Positions 34,801 to 46,747 of a stretch of DNA of 64,000 nt are shown here, one piece after another. The notes under the pieces are model-generated. The model worked only from the letters and a program-made list of their open reading frames with translations. It was not told where the DNA came from and searched no databases. The translations under genes and the position numbers were made by a program. Where the stretch lies: the NCBI GenBank assembly GCA_038087875.1, contig JAXLNO010005099.1, forward strand, positions 1 through 64,000, given 5' to 3'. How positions within the stretch are numbered: position 1 is the first letter of the stretch; the number at the start of each line of letters is the position of its first letter. Source of the DNA: Malacoraja senta. Taxonomy: Eukaryota.

Positions 34801-35589
34801 TGGCTCATGTGGAGTGCATTTGGTGGAATTTGAACAAGTGGCATATTTTCTACAGCTGACGATTTTTTCCCTCTTGATTTCAATGCAAGTAATAACAAAA
34901 CATGGAGAGATATTACATTGGGTTTATGATCTTAGACGAGATGTGAAGATCGTGCTTTGCATTTCCATTACCGTTAATTTGAGGGTTTGTTTGTATCAAT
35001 GCTACATTATCTGCCAGCATTAGGACTGGATTAGAGGGTATTCGCTGTAAGTCTTGTTTGTACAGAATTGGATTGTTTTCTCTGGAAAGACATAGGTAGA
35101 GCTGAGTTCTGATAAAGTATATAACATTTTGAGATGTAAAGATATGGTAGGCAGTCGAAAATATTTTTCTCCCCAGTTGAAGGGAAAGGCGAAAGAGCAT
35201 AACTTTAAAATGAAAGGAGAAACGTTTGACAGTGAGGGTGGTTGGTGCCTGGAATGCGCTGCCACATGTGGCGGTGGGCAAATGCAATAATGACGTTGAA
35301 GAGGGTTTTAGACAGGCACGTGGGTATGCAGGGAATGGATCATGTGCAGGCAAATTAGGTTACTTTATCTTTACATCATATTCAGCACCGACATTGTCAG
35401 TTCATGTGCTGGAATGTTCCATGTTCTGAGCCTTCAAATTACTCTCCGACATGAAAAATGCCCAGAAGAATCAGCAAGCATTGGAGATCACGCAATGGTC
35501 TCATTAACAAACGTAATAAACCGAGGAATTAACCATTCGTCGAAAAGATTCCGTGTTCTGCATGGACTGAATATAGAAACAAACAAAAA

Positions 35590-38045
35590 GGCATTGCTAT
35601 GGCGGTCATGGGAGATTTCAATATGCAGGAAAATCAGGTTGGAACTGGATTTGTAGAGTGTCTCCGAGATGGATTGTTAGAGCAGCTTGGAGTTGAGCCA
35701 ACCTGGGAAAAGGCAATTCTGGATTTAGTGTTATGTTATGAACCGGATTTGATAAAGGAATTCAAGATAAAGGAACCATTAGGAGGTAGCGACCACAACA
35801 TGATGAGGTTTAATCTGGAATTAGTGAGGGAGAAGGTGAAATCGGATGTGTTTGTATTGCAGCTGACCAAAGGGGACTACAGAGGCATGAGCGAGGAGCT
35901 GGCCAAAGGAGGCTGGAAATGTACACCAGCAGGGATGACGGTGGAACAGCAATGGCAGGAATTTCTGGGAATAAGCCAGAAGGTGCAGCATATTTTCATT
36001 CCTAAGGGGAAGAAAGATTCTAAGGGGAGAAAGAGGCGAGCGTGGCTCACAAGGTAAGTCAGGGACAGTATAAAACTAAAAGAGAAAGCACATAACATTG
36101 CGAAGATTAGTGGGTAGCCAAAGGATTGGGAAGCTTTCAAAGAATAATAGAAGATATCGAAACGGGCAATACCGGGAGAAAAGATGAAATATGAAGGTAA
36201 GCTAGCAAATAATAGAAATGGGGATAGCAGCAGTGACTTCAGTTATATAAAAAGTAAGAAAGAGGCAAGAGTGGAAGTTGGGTTGCTGGAGAATGATGCA
36301 GGAGAATTGATAATGGGGAATAAAGAAATGGCAGAGGAATTGAATCTTTTTTTTTGCACCAGTCTTCACAGCGGAAAACACCAGCAATGTGCCTGAAATT
36401 CTAGAGCGTCAGGGGTGGAACTTAGTGGAGTGGTTATTACTAGCAAGAAAGTACTTGGGAAGCTGAAATGGCTGAAGGTGGATATCTTACCTGCACCAGA
36501 TGGACAGCACCCTAGGTTTCATAAAGAGGTGGCTTTAGAGAATGTGCATGCATTGACAGTGATATTTTAAGAATCACTAGAGACATGAGAGGTCCCAGAT
36601 GATTGGAAAATGTCAAATATTACCCCGCTGCACATGAAGGGAGCAAAGCACAATAAAAGGAACAAAAGGTCGGTTAGTCTGATTTCGGTGCTTGGTTAGA
36701 TTTTAGAATCCATTATAAATGTTGAGGTTGCGAAGTACTTCGAAATTCACGATAAAATAGGTCGAAGTCAGCATGGCTTTGTGAAGAGGAGGTCTTGCTT
36801 CACAAATTTGCTGGAATTATTTGAAGATGTAAGTAGCAGGACGGCAAAGAGAGTCAGTAGATGGTGTTTCCTTAGATTTTCAGAAAGCCATTGATAAGGT
36901 GCCACACGTGAGGCTGTTAAGCGAGATGAAAGCTCACGGTATCAAAGGACAAATACTAGCATGGATTGACTGGATGACAGAAGACAAAGAGTGGCAATAA
37001 AGGCGGCTTTTTCTGGTTGGCTACCAGTGACTAGCGGAGTTCCGCGGGGGTCGGTGCAAGGTCCACTACTCTTCATGTTGTATATTAATGATTTAGACGA
37101 GGAGATTGAAGGCTTTGTGGCCAAGTTTCGCGGATGATATGAAAACAGGTGGAAGGGCAGGTCGTGTTGAGAAAGCAGGGACTACAGAAATACTTGGACA
37201 GGTTGCGAGAGTCGGCAGAGAAGTAGCAGATGGCAAAATGTGTAGCAAAGTGTCGCTTCGTGCTTTTTGGTAGTAGGAATAAAGACATAGACTATTGTCT
37301 GAAAGGGGGGAGATTTCAAAAATCGGAGGTGCAAAGGGATAAGGGAGTGCTGGTGCAGGATTCCCAAAAGACTCGAATCGGTAGTAAAGAAAGCATGTTC
37401 AATGCTAGCATTTATTTCAAAAGGACTTGTATGCACAAACAGAGATGTCATGCTGAGGCTCTATAAGGCACTGATGAGGTCGCATTTGGAATATTGTGAG
37501 CAATTTCGGGCACCATATTTGAGGAAGGATATGCCGGCTCAGGAGCGGGTCCAGAGGAGGTTTATAAGAATGATCCCAGGAATGAGAAGGTTAACCAATG
37601 AGGAGCGTTTCTCGGCACTGGGCCTGTACTCGCTGGAGTTTAGAAGAATGAGGGGGACCTCATTGGAACATACATAATAGTGAAAGGCTTGAATATAGTG
37701 GGATGTAGAGAGGATGTTTCCACGAGTGGGAGACTTCGGGACTAGAGGTTATAGCCTCGGAATTAAAGGACGTTCTTTTAGGAAGATGATGAGAAATGTA
37801 TTTTGTCAGAGGGTGGTAAATCTGTGGAATCTGTGCCACAGAAGGCTGGAGAGGCCAAGTCAGTGGATATTTTTAAGGAGGGATATATAGCTATTTGATT
37901 AGTACACGTGGCAAAGGTTATGGGGAGAAGGCAGGCGAATGGGGTAGGAGTGAGAGATAGATCACCCATAATTGAATGGCGGAGTGGATTGATGGGCCGA
38001 CTGGACCAATTCTACTTCAATCATCCATAACCTTATGACTTTATG
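35590..38045 (+). mobile_element. Old degenerate CR1 ORF2 plus 3'UTR inside the GPCR pseudogene intron (antisense to the gene)
   Basis: GDFN, GSDH, QHGF, GVPxGS and HLEYCEQF motifs with many lesions. Confidence 0.85.
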
Positions 38046-40009
38046 AATAAGAACAGCGTTTACCATGTGGTCACTTGTAGCTGACACGTTTTCAATTATC
38101 ATGTCTGAATTTTATTCTAGTTTTCTGCACTAACCTAATTTTCCTTAATACATACCGATCGCCAACATGTGTATATCCGTTTTGCCTGCATATCATCGTT
38201 CCAGTGCTGGAGCGATTTGATGAGAAAAGCATCGCAACATCTTATAAAACATTCTCATAGAGGTAATCACATTTCTTCTTCGTGCATACTTGAAACGTAT
38301 TTTACAATGAAACTTCAAAGCTATCAAAGACACAAGCTGGAGTAATTCTGCGAGTTAGGCAACATCTAACCCGCGGAATAACACCAGCTTTTTGTGTCTA
38401 TCTTCGGTTTAAGCAACTGCAGTTCCTTCCTGCTCTTCAAATCTATAATTCCAGGATTTCAATCTTTCTGATCGTTTCACTCGCATTGCAAACCTCGCGA
38501 GTTTGTTTGTTCCGAGACGGTCCTTGTTTCTGTTTGCATTTTCTTTGGTAAAGCACGAAGTCAACGAATATCAGTTTCTAACAAACCTGGAATGCCAATC
38601 AGTGCGAGAATGGGATAGTACATTTCATCAATCTGTGGGATTATAGGTAGCTCCATTTCGTTCACTGCTGAACTTTACGATATGATGACATATGATGAGA
38701 TCTTTGGAATGAACACAATTTATATATTTGAGCATTGTACATGAGGACAGAGCCGTTTAACTAATTTGCTGCAGCTGGTGTTCAGAATTATACATTCAGC
38801 ACGCATGCTTGAACACGTTGCCGAAACAGCTATTTTTATTCCATTCCTCAGGGAAAAATAACCCTGTTTCGCACATCTCATGTAGTCATAGTAACCGTTG
38901 TCATTAATCGCGCATTTTCTTTCCTCCATAAAGTGAAATTATTGAGTCGAGCAAAGATGCAAATCTAACTTTTACTGATTTTCGCCATAATAACTGTACA
39001 CAATATATGCTTACTGATCAACCTTTAAGAAATAATGAAAGAGGTACTGAATAGGATAGGGTTAGTGGTATATGGACGGGTGTAGATGGGGCATGTTGGT
39101 TGGAGCGGGCAAGTTGGGCCGATGGGCCTGTTTCCACGCTGTATGACCCTGTGCCTCTTTGATTTAATTAGTTTCATTTAGATTCGGAGATACACAGCTA
39201 TGAGTTTTACCAGGAGATGAGCCTTTTTATGAAGGTTATCTAAATAGATGGACCACGCGAGATACTCGGTAGACCACAGGTTTAACATAGAACATTGATT
39301 TCTGTGGCAGTCAATTTGTATTGAAGGGCCGCCCATCTCAAATAAAATGCATCAGCGAAGGAGGTATGATGGATTCGTATTATTGTCACGATGGAGCATT
39401 CTTCTGCTTCTTTACTTTAATATCCCTGCCCGATGCGAAGATGACGAACCACACATTTTAGCCGTGGTTTCACCATATACGTCATGCCATCTACCTATTT
39501 AATGGTCGATTGAAAAAGAAAACGTTTGAACTTTCTTCTAAACGTTATAGGCCTAAGCCGACCATTGCCTTGTTTGCTGAGAAATAATTAATTCCTCTTT
39601 ACTATTACGAAACTTTTCCTCAATTTTAATGACTTCAGTTATATCTCCTCATCAGTCTCTTTTGTTCCAAATCCAATAAATCCGCTCTCAACTGTCATGT
39701 CATGTCAATTTCTTCTCCGTCCTTTTAGTGTTATCCAACAAGACGCGGCGAAACCCACGGAAGTGAAAATTTATAGAACTTGAGTAAAAACAAAGTGCGA
39801 GTAGAACTCACGAGTCAGGCAGCATCCGTGGAGGGACATGGACAAACGGTGTTTAAAGCCGGTACACTTATTCCACCTAATTATATAATGACTTATTTCT
39901 AAAAGACTTCACAATATCTACTTTATATTTTTGCGTCATGCAGACGTCTAGATTTAGTAACGTACACTGACATTATCAAAAAGCACATAGTTTCCTTGTG
40001 TGTTGATGT

Positions 40010-40280
40010 ACCGAGTGGGGAGGAGGGAGGGAGGGGGGCGAGGTTGATCAAGGTGGCTGTGCTGGTAGAAAAGGTGGGTGAGCATTGATGTGGCGGTGAT
40101 AGAGAGTGGTGGTACAAGGAAAAGAGTAAAGATTAGCGAAGGTATTCCTTGAAACTGGATAAACCAATGTTCATCCCATTGGATGGTAAGCTACCCAGGA
40201 GCAATATCAGGTGCTGTTCTTCTAGTTTGTGGGCGCACCCACTCTATCAATGGAAGAGACGAAGGCCATGGGAATGAGCC
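40010..40280 (-). mobile_element. Degenerate Penelope-like GIY-YIG end
   Basis: Reverse-strand similarity to 18300-18420. Confidence 0.55.
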
Positions 40281-40877
40281 TTAAAACGGCTAGCAACCTT
40301 GAACTGCAGCATGCCTTGACCGACAAAAAATCGTCCCCACTTTGCATACCTTTCCGTTTTCTGCTCTCCCAGTTTCCACCGGTACTGTCACCCTTCTCCT
40401 GCCCCAATGAGCACATCATCCGTCCCCGGTCACGCATTTCCTCATATCTCCCGTTTCTAATTTCCCCACTCTCATTCCACCCATACTGCTGTTCTGTATA
40501 TTCAATTCCACCTCGTCTTTCCTTATCTGACACCCTTTTGATTACATTTCAACTCGAGCCTTTGTCACATCTCCACCCATCTGCCATTCACCGGTACACA
40601 CCTAGCTCACCTGTCCTTACCCCCTCCTCAGCTCTCTTTTCTAACTGTTCCCTCCCGAATCCATCAGAATGAAGAAGGTTCCGACGTGAATTGTCGTTAT
40701 CTTAAAGTTCACAGTTTAGTTTATTGTCGCGTGTACCGAGGTGCAGTGAATAGCTTTTGTTGCGTGCTCTCTATATTCCTTCCACGGATGGTCGCTGAAC
40801 AGTAGGGTTGTTCCTTCACTTGATGTTTTGCTCAAGGTTGCCGGCACTCACATATTAATCCGATATTTAACTCGGTA

Positions 40878-41200
40878 TTTGGGTTTAGTTTAGTTTAGGG
40901 ATACAGGGCGGAAACAGGCCTTTCGGCCCACCAGGTCTGCGCCGATCAGCGATCACCGCCTATTAGCACTATCCTACACACACCAGGGATAACTTTTAAA
41001 TATACCAAGCCAATTTAACTCGACACCTGTACGTCGTTGGAGTGTGGGAGAAAACCGAAGATCTCAGAGAAAACCAACGCGGTCACGGGGAGAACGTGCA
41101 ATCTCCGTACTGACAGCACCTGTAGTCGGGATCGAAACAGAGACTCCGGCGATGCAAACACTTTAATGCAGCAACTGTACCGCTGCGCCACATTGCCGCC
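40878..41200 (-). mobile_element. tRNA-derived SINE with (TAAAC)n tail
   Basis: Reverse complement of the SINE consensus. Confidence 0.8.
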
Positions 41201-41515
41201 ACTATTGTCCCCACTTTTACATAAACTCTCCGAGTTTGTATTCCTCACTTCCACACAACTGTCAATTTACATTGGCCAATTGTTCTATTAACTGATCGTC
41301 TTTGGGATTGAGGAGAAAACTGGAGCAGCCGTATGAAACACACTCAATCACACAATGTATATGCACAGATACTACGAAAGGTCTGCAAGCAACTCGTTAT
41401 ACTGGAGCTGTGAGATAGTCGGTCTGCTAGCTGCTCCACTCTACCTTCCAGATACAATGCGAGAGAATGAAATTAATTTAAGTAGTCATCTTATACAATC
41501 TTCAGAAACTTAAAC

Positions 41516-42078
41516 NNNNNNNNNNNNNNNNNNNNNNNNNNNNNNNNNNNNNNNNNNNNNNNNNNNNNNNNNNNNNNNNNNNNNNNNNNNNNNNNNNNNN
41601 NNNNNNNNNNNNNNNNNNNNNNNNNNNNNNNNNNNNNNNNNNNNNNNNNNNNNNNNNNNNNNNNNNNNNNNNNNNNNNNNNNNNNNNNNNNNNNNNNNNN
41701 NNNNNNNNNNNNNNNNNNNNNNNNNNNNNNNNNNNNNNNNNNNNNNNNNNNNNNNNNNNNNNNNNNNNNNNNNNNNNNNNNNNNNNNNNNNNNNNNNNNN
41801 NNNNNNNNNNNNNNNNNNNNNNNNNNNNNNNNNNNNNNNNNNNNNNNNNNNNNNNNNNNNNNNNNNNNNNNNNNNNNNNNNNNNNNNNNNNNNNNNNNNN
41901 NNNNNNNNNNNNNNNNNNNNNNNNNNNNNNNNNNNNNNNNNNNNNNNNNNNNNNNNNNNNNNNNNNNNNNNNNNNNNNNNNNNNNNNNNNNNNNNNNNNN
42001 NNNNNNNNNNNNNNNNNNNNNNNNNNNNNNNNNNNNNNNNNNNNNNNNNNNNNNNNNNNNNNNNNNNNNNNNNNNNNN
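41516..42078. other. Assembly gap (563 N)
   Basis: Run of N. Confidence 1.
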
Positions 42079-42147
42079 ATCTCCACTTCATTCCGCTTTC
42101 GGCAGAGAACTTTCCCTCCGTAAGTCCCTGGTCAACTCGTCCCTCCC

Positions 42148-45100
42148 TGTAGATGACAGGTGCATGTACCTTTAGCATAGTGACCTCACCACTACTAACC
42201 ACTCCCCTAACCACTGACCAATCACTAGTATAATTACAACCTTCCCACCCAGTGCTCGCTCTCTGGTTCTGGTGACAGACCACGAACAGCTAGGGCAGTA
42301 AAGTATGTGTATCATGAATAAACAGTAGTAAAGACACAGCGTGTTATGACGCAACTTTACATGGTGTCAGCATCGTACCTTTGCGCCTCCAGGATGTCAG
42401 TTTTTCTTTACTTTGGACCCGTTTCCCCATTTTTTTATCTCCCGTGCCATGGCTACTTCTTGCCGCAAACCCGACATGCTTGTCTTCGACTCGGACATTG
42501 CCCATCGGTGGGGTGTCTTTAGACGTGACTTTCAACACTACGCCACGCTCGCCCAACCTGCTGCCACCCCTGCTACACGGGCTTCTCTGCTTCTCAACCT
42601 GGGTGGTCCCGATGCCCTGGAACGGGCTGAGTCGTTTGTCTATGGTGCAGGTGAAGATGCTCAGGACCCGGTATGTCTTATGGCTAAGTTTACCGCTATG
42701 TGCGACATCCCCACTAACTGCATTCTAGAGCGTTTTAAAATGTTCACCCGGCGTCAGATCTCTGGAGAGTCAATCGAAAACTATATCGCCGCGTTGCGTC
42801 ACCTGGCCAGGCATTGCAGCCTGGACACGCTGACCCCCGATCAACTGACCCGGGACATTTTAGTGTATGGTCTTCAAGATGAAAAACTAAGGGATGAACT
42901 TCTACGGAAGCACGACCTGTCTTTAGCCATTGCTCTGCACGCCTCCCGCATGGGTGAGGCTGTCGCCTCGGCGGTGTCGTCTGCTGATCATGACATTAAC
43001 TTTACCAGTGTTGCTGGCCGCCGGCGGAACGCTGGCCCGCAACGGCAACGGGGGTCCCCTGCACCCGGGGGTAGCAACCCACAGCGGTGCCCCAACTGCA
43101 ATTTTACCTCCCATCAGTCTAATGTGTGCCCTGCACTGGGAAAAACGTGCAACTTTTGCAGGAAATTGAACCATATCTCTGCCGCCTGTCGCTCTCGTGG
43201 GAAGCCAGTTCCTGCTCCACGCCGAATGTTAAACAACCTTGCTCGAGCTGATAGCGCACTTGGTTCACAGTTCCAGCCTGATGAACTCCCTTTGTCTGAT
43301 ACAATTTCCTCCCAGGGTGAGACCAGCATATTTTCAGTGTTGGATGCACCTGCCCTGATAACGGACCCTTCGGTTCGCGTTACTGTCAACGGCTCGACCT
43401 TCACCGCCAAACTCGACACGGGGGCCGTGACCAATGTAATGTCAATAGGCCTCTTCAAGAAGATAAGGACTGATGAGAAAGTTACTCCCGATCACTCCCT
43501 GTTGCATGCCTACGGGGGAAGCGTGCTCGTTCCGGTGGGGAGGGCTACCCTGCACTGCAAGGTACTGCATGCCTCTCGGCCCCTCACTTTTTATCTACTG
43601 GATACTAACAACATCACCCTGTTGGGCGCCCGGGCGTGCCAGGACCTCGGCTTGGTCTCTTTCCACCGTGATATCCACCAGGTGCGGACCCTTATGGACC
43701 TCCTGCGCGAATACCCTGACCGTTTTGATGACAAGCTGGGCAAGCTGCCCTGCAGCTACAAGATCGTTGTCGACCCCGGTGTTGAATCTATGGTCCGTCC
43801 ACCGCACCGCGTCTCCTTCGCCATGAAGGACAAGGTGGAATTAACGCTGCTCAACATGGTTACCATGGGCATCCTGAAGGAGGTGAGCGAACCCACCCGG
43901 TGGGTCTGCACCATGGTTGTTGCTGCGAAAAAGGACAAAAGTGAAATTCGCATTTGCATCAACCCCAAAGACCTGAACCTTGCCATCAGACGCCCTCATT
44001 ACCCCATGCGAACAGTGGAGGACGTCGCTGCACAGGTTGACCCGGCCACTGTCTTCTCGGTTCTCGATGCCAAGAGCTCCTTCTGGCAGATACCGCTGGA
44101 CGAGCGGTCCTCCTACCTGACTACCTTCAGCACGCCCTTCGGCAGGTTCCGATTCCTCCGCATGCCATTCGGGATCAACTCTGCCAGCGAGGACTTCCAG
44201 CGGACGATGGAGCAGCTGTTCGCTGGTCTGCCGTGTGCTATCATCGTTGACGACATCCTGGTCTACGGTAAGGACGTTGCTGAGCACGATCTCCATTTCC
44301 GTCAAGTCCTGGACCGGGCCCGTGAAATCAACTTCAAACTAAACCCCAAAAAGTGCCGTTTCCGCGTCCCGGAGTTCACCTATGTGGGCCACGTCTTTAC
44401 CGCATCGGGGCTAAAGCCTGACCCGCAGAAGACGGCCGTGGTCTCCGGGATGTCTTCGCCCACCGACGTGCCCAGCCTGCAGCGTTTCCTGGGCATGGTT
44501 AATTACCTGGGGAAGTTCATCCCCGACCTCAGCGAGCTGAGCGAGCCCTTGAGGGAGTTGATCAAGAAGGACACTGCCTGGGCCTGGCTCCCGCATCACC
44601 AGAAAGCTTTTGACATTCTGAAGTCCAGGCTGGCCAGTGCCCCCACTCTCCAATTCTTCAATCTGCAGCGTCCCATTGTTCTTACCTGCGACGCCTCCAA
44701 GCTCCACGATGGCCTGCAGCTGCCTGTTTCCTACGCTTCCCGCACCATGACCCCTGCCGAGCAGCGCTATGCTCAGATAGAGAAGGAGCTGCTGGCTGTG
44801 GTGTTTGCCTGCTCCAAGTTCAAGGACTATATTCTGGGAAACAGCTTCACGATCGAGACCGACCATCAGCCGCTGGTCTCTATCCTCAACAAGCCGATCC
44901 ACGTTGCCTCGTCCCGTTTGCAGCGCATGATGCTGCAGCTTCAGCGTTTTACGTTCAAAATTGTAAATCGCAAGGGCAAGGACATGTTTGTGGCCGACAC
45001 GCTGTCCGGCGCACCGCTACCGTCTACCGATCGCCATCCATATGAATCGTCTGACCTGATGGTGCCTTCCCAGCAGATGCAGTCCCTGGTCAGCAACACT

Positions 45101-46747
45101 GCCAAGGATCCTGCCCTGCAGCAGCTTGCCGACGTCATCTGGCAGGGCTGGCCAGACCGTCGTTCATCCTTGCCGCCTGGAGTCGTGCCCTACTTCCTGG
45201 TCCGTGACGAACTCGTGCTGCACGACGGCGTGGTCGTGAAGGGACACAAGGTCGTCGTGCCTGCTGCCCTGCGTGACCAATACTTTCAGACCGCCCATCG
45301 CGGTCATCCTGGGGCCGAGGCCACCCTGTCTCAGGCCCAGAGTTTGTTCTACTGGCCCAGCATGGCCCAAGACATCCGGGAGAGGGTCTCCGCTTGCTCT
45401 GTCTGCAATAGCCTCGCTCACCATCAGCAACGGCAGCCGCTTCAGCAACAGCCTGCCCCCGAGCTGTCCTGGATGACCGTCGCCGCTGACATTTTTGAGT
45501 GGCGTGGCAAGCACTTCCTGGTTCTTGTGGACTCGTACTCCAGCTGGTTCGAGGTTGACCGGCTGCACTCCCTCACCTCTTCGGCCGTTATCAGGAGGCT
45601 GCGCCAACACTTCGGAACCTTTGGCACCCCGGCAAGTCTTCAATCGGACAACGGCAGCCAGTTCTCGAGTGTCGAATTTCGGCGTTTCGCTGCCAGCTGG
45701 AACTTCCGACACTATACCAGCAGCCCAGAGTACCCACAAAGCAACGGCTTGGCAGAGCGCGCTGTCCGCAGTGCTAAGGACTTGCTGGAACATTGTAGAC
45801 TGTCCCATTCTGACTTTTACCTGGCCCTCCTCAACATTCGGAACATTTGCCGCGACACTGCCTTGGGTTCCCCAGCACAACGGCTGATGTCTCGCACTAC
45901 GAGACCTCCGATCCCGGTGCCCCAGCGGTCCCTCGTTCCCTCGGTTCTCCAGCCCGCTGCTGTCCAGGAGCGCATTGCCCTCAAGCAAGAAATCCAAAAG
46001 CGCTCCCACGATCAGTCCTGCCGTCCCCTCCCGCCTCTGTTCCCTGGCCAAGTCGTCCGGATGCAGTCCCCCTCCGGTCACCCCAGGCTTGCCATCGTCG
46101 TCGGTACTGGTGGTTCGCCGCGGTCCTATCTAGTCGACCATGACGGTACTATTTACCGCCGGTCCCGCCAACATCTGCGGCTTGTTAACGAGCCCCCGCC
46201 GCCGCCTGCAGACCCCCCCCCCACTGTCTGCCACGTTGCCTGCCCCTCCACCAGCCAGTCCTCCCTCACCTGCCCGTCTTCCCGCTACTGCTCTTGCTTC
46301 CCCTGCTCCGTCTCCGTTTTCTCTTTCTCCTCCAGGTTCCCCGGTTCTCTCACCCGCGCCTGCTCCTACTCAAGTTCCTCCTGCAGAGGGGGGAGGTGGC
46401 GAGCTGTGTACCCGGTCCGGGCGGATGGTCAGGCCGCCTGTCCGTTATGGTGATTTTGCTTAACTGTTTGCTCACCTGCTCGTAGCGTATGAGACGTGGT
46501 CGCCTTGTCACTACTGTATTGCTTTTGATTTCCAAGGGGAAGGATGTAGATGACATGTGCATGTACCTTTAACATAGTGACCTCACCACTACTAACCACT
46601 CCCCACATCACTAGTATAATTACAAACTTCCCACCCAGTGCTCGCTCTCATGTTCCGGTGACAGACCACGAACAGCTAGGGCAGTAAACTATGTGTATCA
46701 TGAATAAATAGTAGTAAAGACACAGTGTGTTATGACGCATCTTTACA
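42148..46747 (+). mobile_element. Full-length Gypsy/Ty3 LTR retrotransposon (Mag-like); element E2
   Basis: LTRs at 42148-42361 (214 bp) and 46545-46747 (203 bp). TSD CTCCC at 42143-42147 and 46748-46752. PBS TGGTGTCAG at 42362-42370 (complementary to the tRNA-Leu 3' end). PPT at 46534-46544. Confidence 0.97.
42449..46453 (+). CDS. Gag-Pol polyprotein of E2 (gag CCHC, aspartic protease, RT, RNase H, integrase)
   Basis: Stop-free frame. ATG in GCCATGG context at 42449. Motifs CNFCRKLNHISAAC, LDTGA, IIVDD, CDAS, H-x3-H...CSVC, SDNGSQF, PQSNGLAE. The tail is shifted by a frameshift in the poly-C near 46213-46222. Confidence 0.93.
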   Translation: MATSCRKPDMLVFDSDIAHRWGVFRRDFQHYATLAQPAATPATRASLLLNLGGPDALERAESFVYGAGEDAQDPVCLMAKFTAMCDIPTNCILERFKMFTRRQISGESIENYIAALRHLARHCSLDTLTPDQLTRDILVYGLQDEKLRDELLRKHDLSLAIALHASRMGEAVASAVSSADHDINFTSVAGRRRNAGPQRQRGSPAPGGSNPQRCPNCNFTSHQSNVCPALGKTCNFCRKLNHISAACRSRGKPVPAPRRMLNNLARADSALGSQFQPDELPLSDTISSQGETSIFSVLDAPALITDPSVRVTVNGSTFTAKLDTGAVTNVMSIGLFKKIRTDEKVTPDHSLLHAYGGSVLVPVGRATLHCKVLHASRPLTFYLLDTNNITLLGARACQDLGLVSFHRDIHQVRTLMDLLREYPDRFDDKLGKLPCSYKIVVDPGVESMVRPPHRVSFAMKDKVELTLLNMVTMGILKEVSEPTRWVCTMVVAAKKDKSEIRICINPKDLNLAIRRPHYPMRTVEDVAAQVDPATVFSVLDAKSSFWQIPLDERSSYLTTFSTPFGRFRFLRMPFGINSASEDFQRTMEQLFAGLPCAIIVDDILVYGKDVAEHDLHFRQVLDRAREINFKLNPKKCRFRVPEFTYVGHVFTASGLKPDPQKTAVVSGMSSPTDVPSLQRFLGMVNYLGKFIPDLSELSEPLRELIKKDTAWAWLPHHQKAFDILKSRLASAPTLQFFNLQRPIVLTCDASKLHDGLQLPVSYASRTMTPAEQRYAQIEKELLAVVFACSKFKDYILGNSFTIETDHQPLVSILNKPIHVASSRLQRMMLQLQRFTFKIVNRKGKDMFVADTLSGAPLPSTDRHPYESSDLMVPSQQMQSLVSNTAKDPALQQLADVIWQGWPDRRSSLPPGVVPYFLVRDELVLHDGVVVKGHKVVVPAALRDQYFQTAHRGHPGAEATLSQAQSLFYWPSMAQDIRERVSACSVCNSLAHHQQRQPLQQQPAPELSWMTVAADIFEWRGKHFLVLVDSYSSWFEVDRLHSLTSSAVIRRLRQHFGTFGTPASLQSDNGSQFSSVEFRRFAASWNFRHYTSSPEYPQSNGLAERAVRSAKDLLEHCRLSHSDFYLALLNIRNICRDTALGSPAQRLMSRTTRPPIPVPQRSLVPSVLQPAAVQERIALKQEIQKRSHDQSCRPLPPLFPGQVVRMQSPSGHPRLAIVVGTGGSPRSYLVDHDGTIYRRSRQHLRLVNEPPPPPADPPPTVCHVACPSTSQSSLTCPSSRYCSCFPCSVSVFSFSSRFPGSLTRACSYSSSSCRGGRWRAVYPVRADGQAACPLW

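Larger units (their letters stand above)
33168..38656 (-). pseudogene. Two-exon class A GPCR pseudogene (GPR139-like family): exon 1 38587-38656, exon 2 33168-34102
   Basis: Exon 1 reads MELPIIPQIDEMYYPILALIGIP G|gt (70 nt). Exon 2 has acceptor ttcttgcag|GT AAT, then NLMAIVILYRGNCGLSKCITRY...DRY...TNTFIY. Premature TAG at 33828-33830 and two frameshifts (near 33670 and in the C8 run at 33527-33534). Confidence 0.92.

Noticed and set aside
34161-34898. ORFs of 195-232 aa
   Set aside because: They are open only because they span N runs. The same applies to 41502-42283.
44236-44260. RT motif IIVDD instead of YxDD as a novel catalytic variant
   Set aside because: Shared by E1 and E2. Non-Tyr variants are common in Mag-like Gypsy elements.
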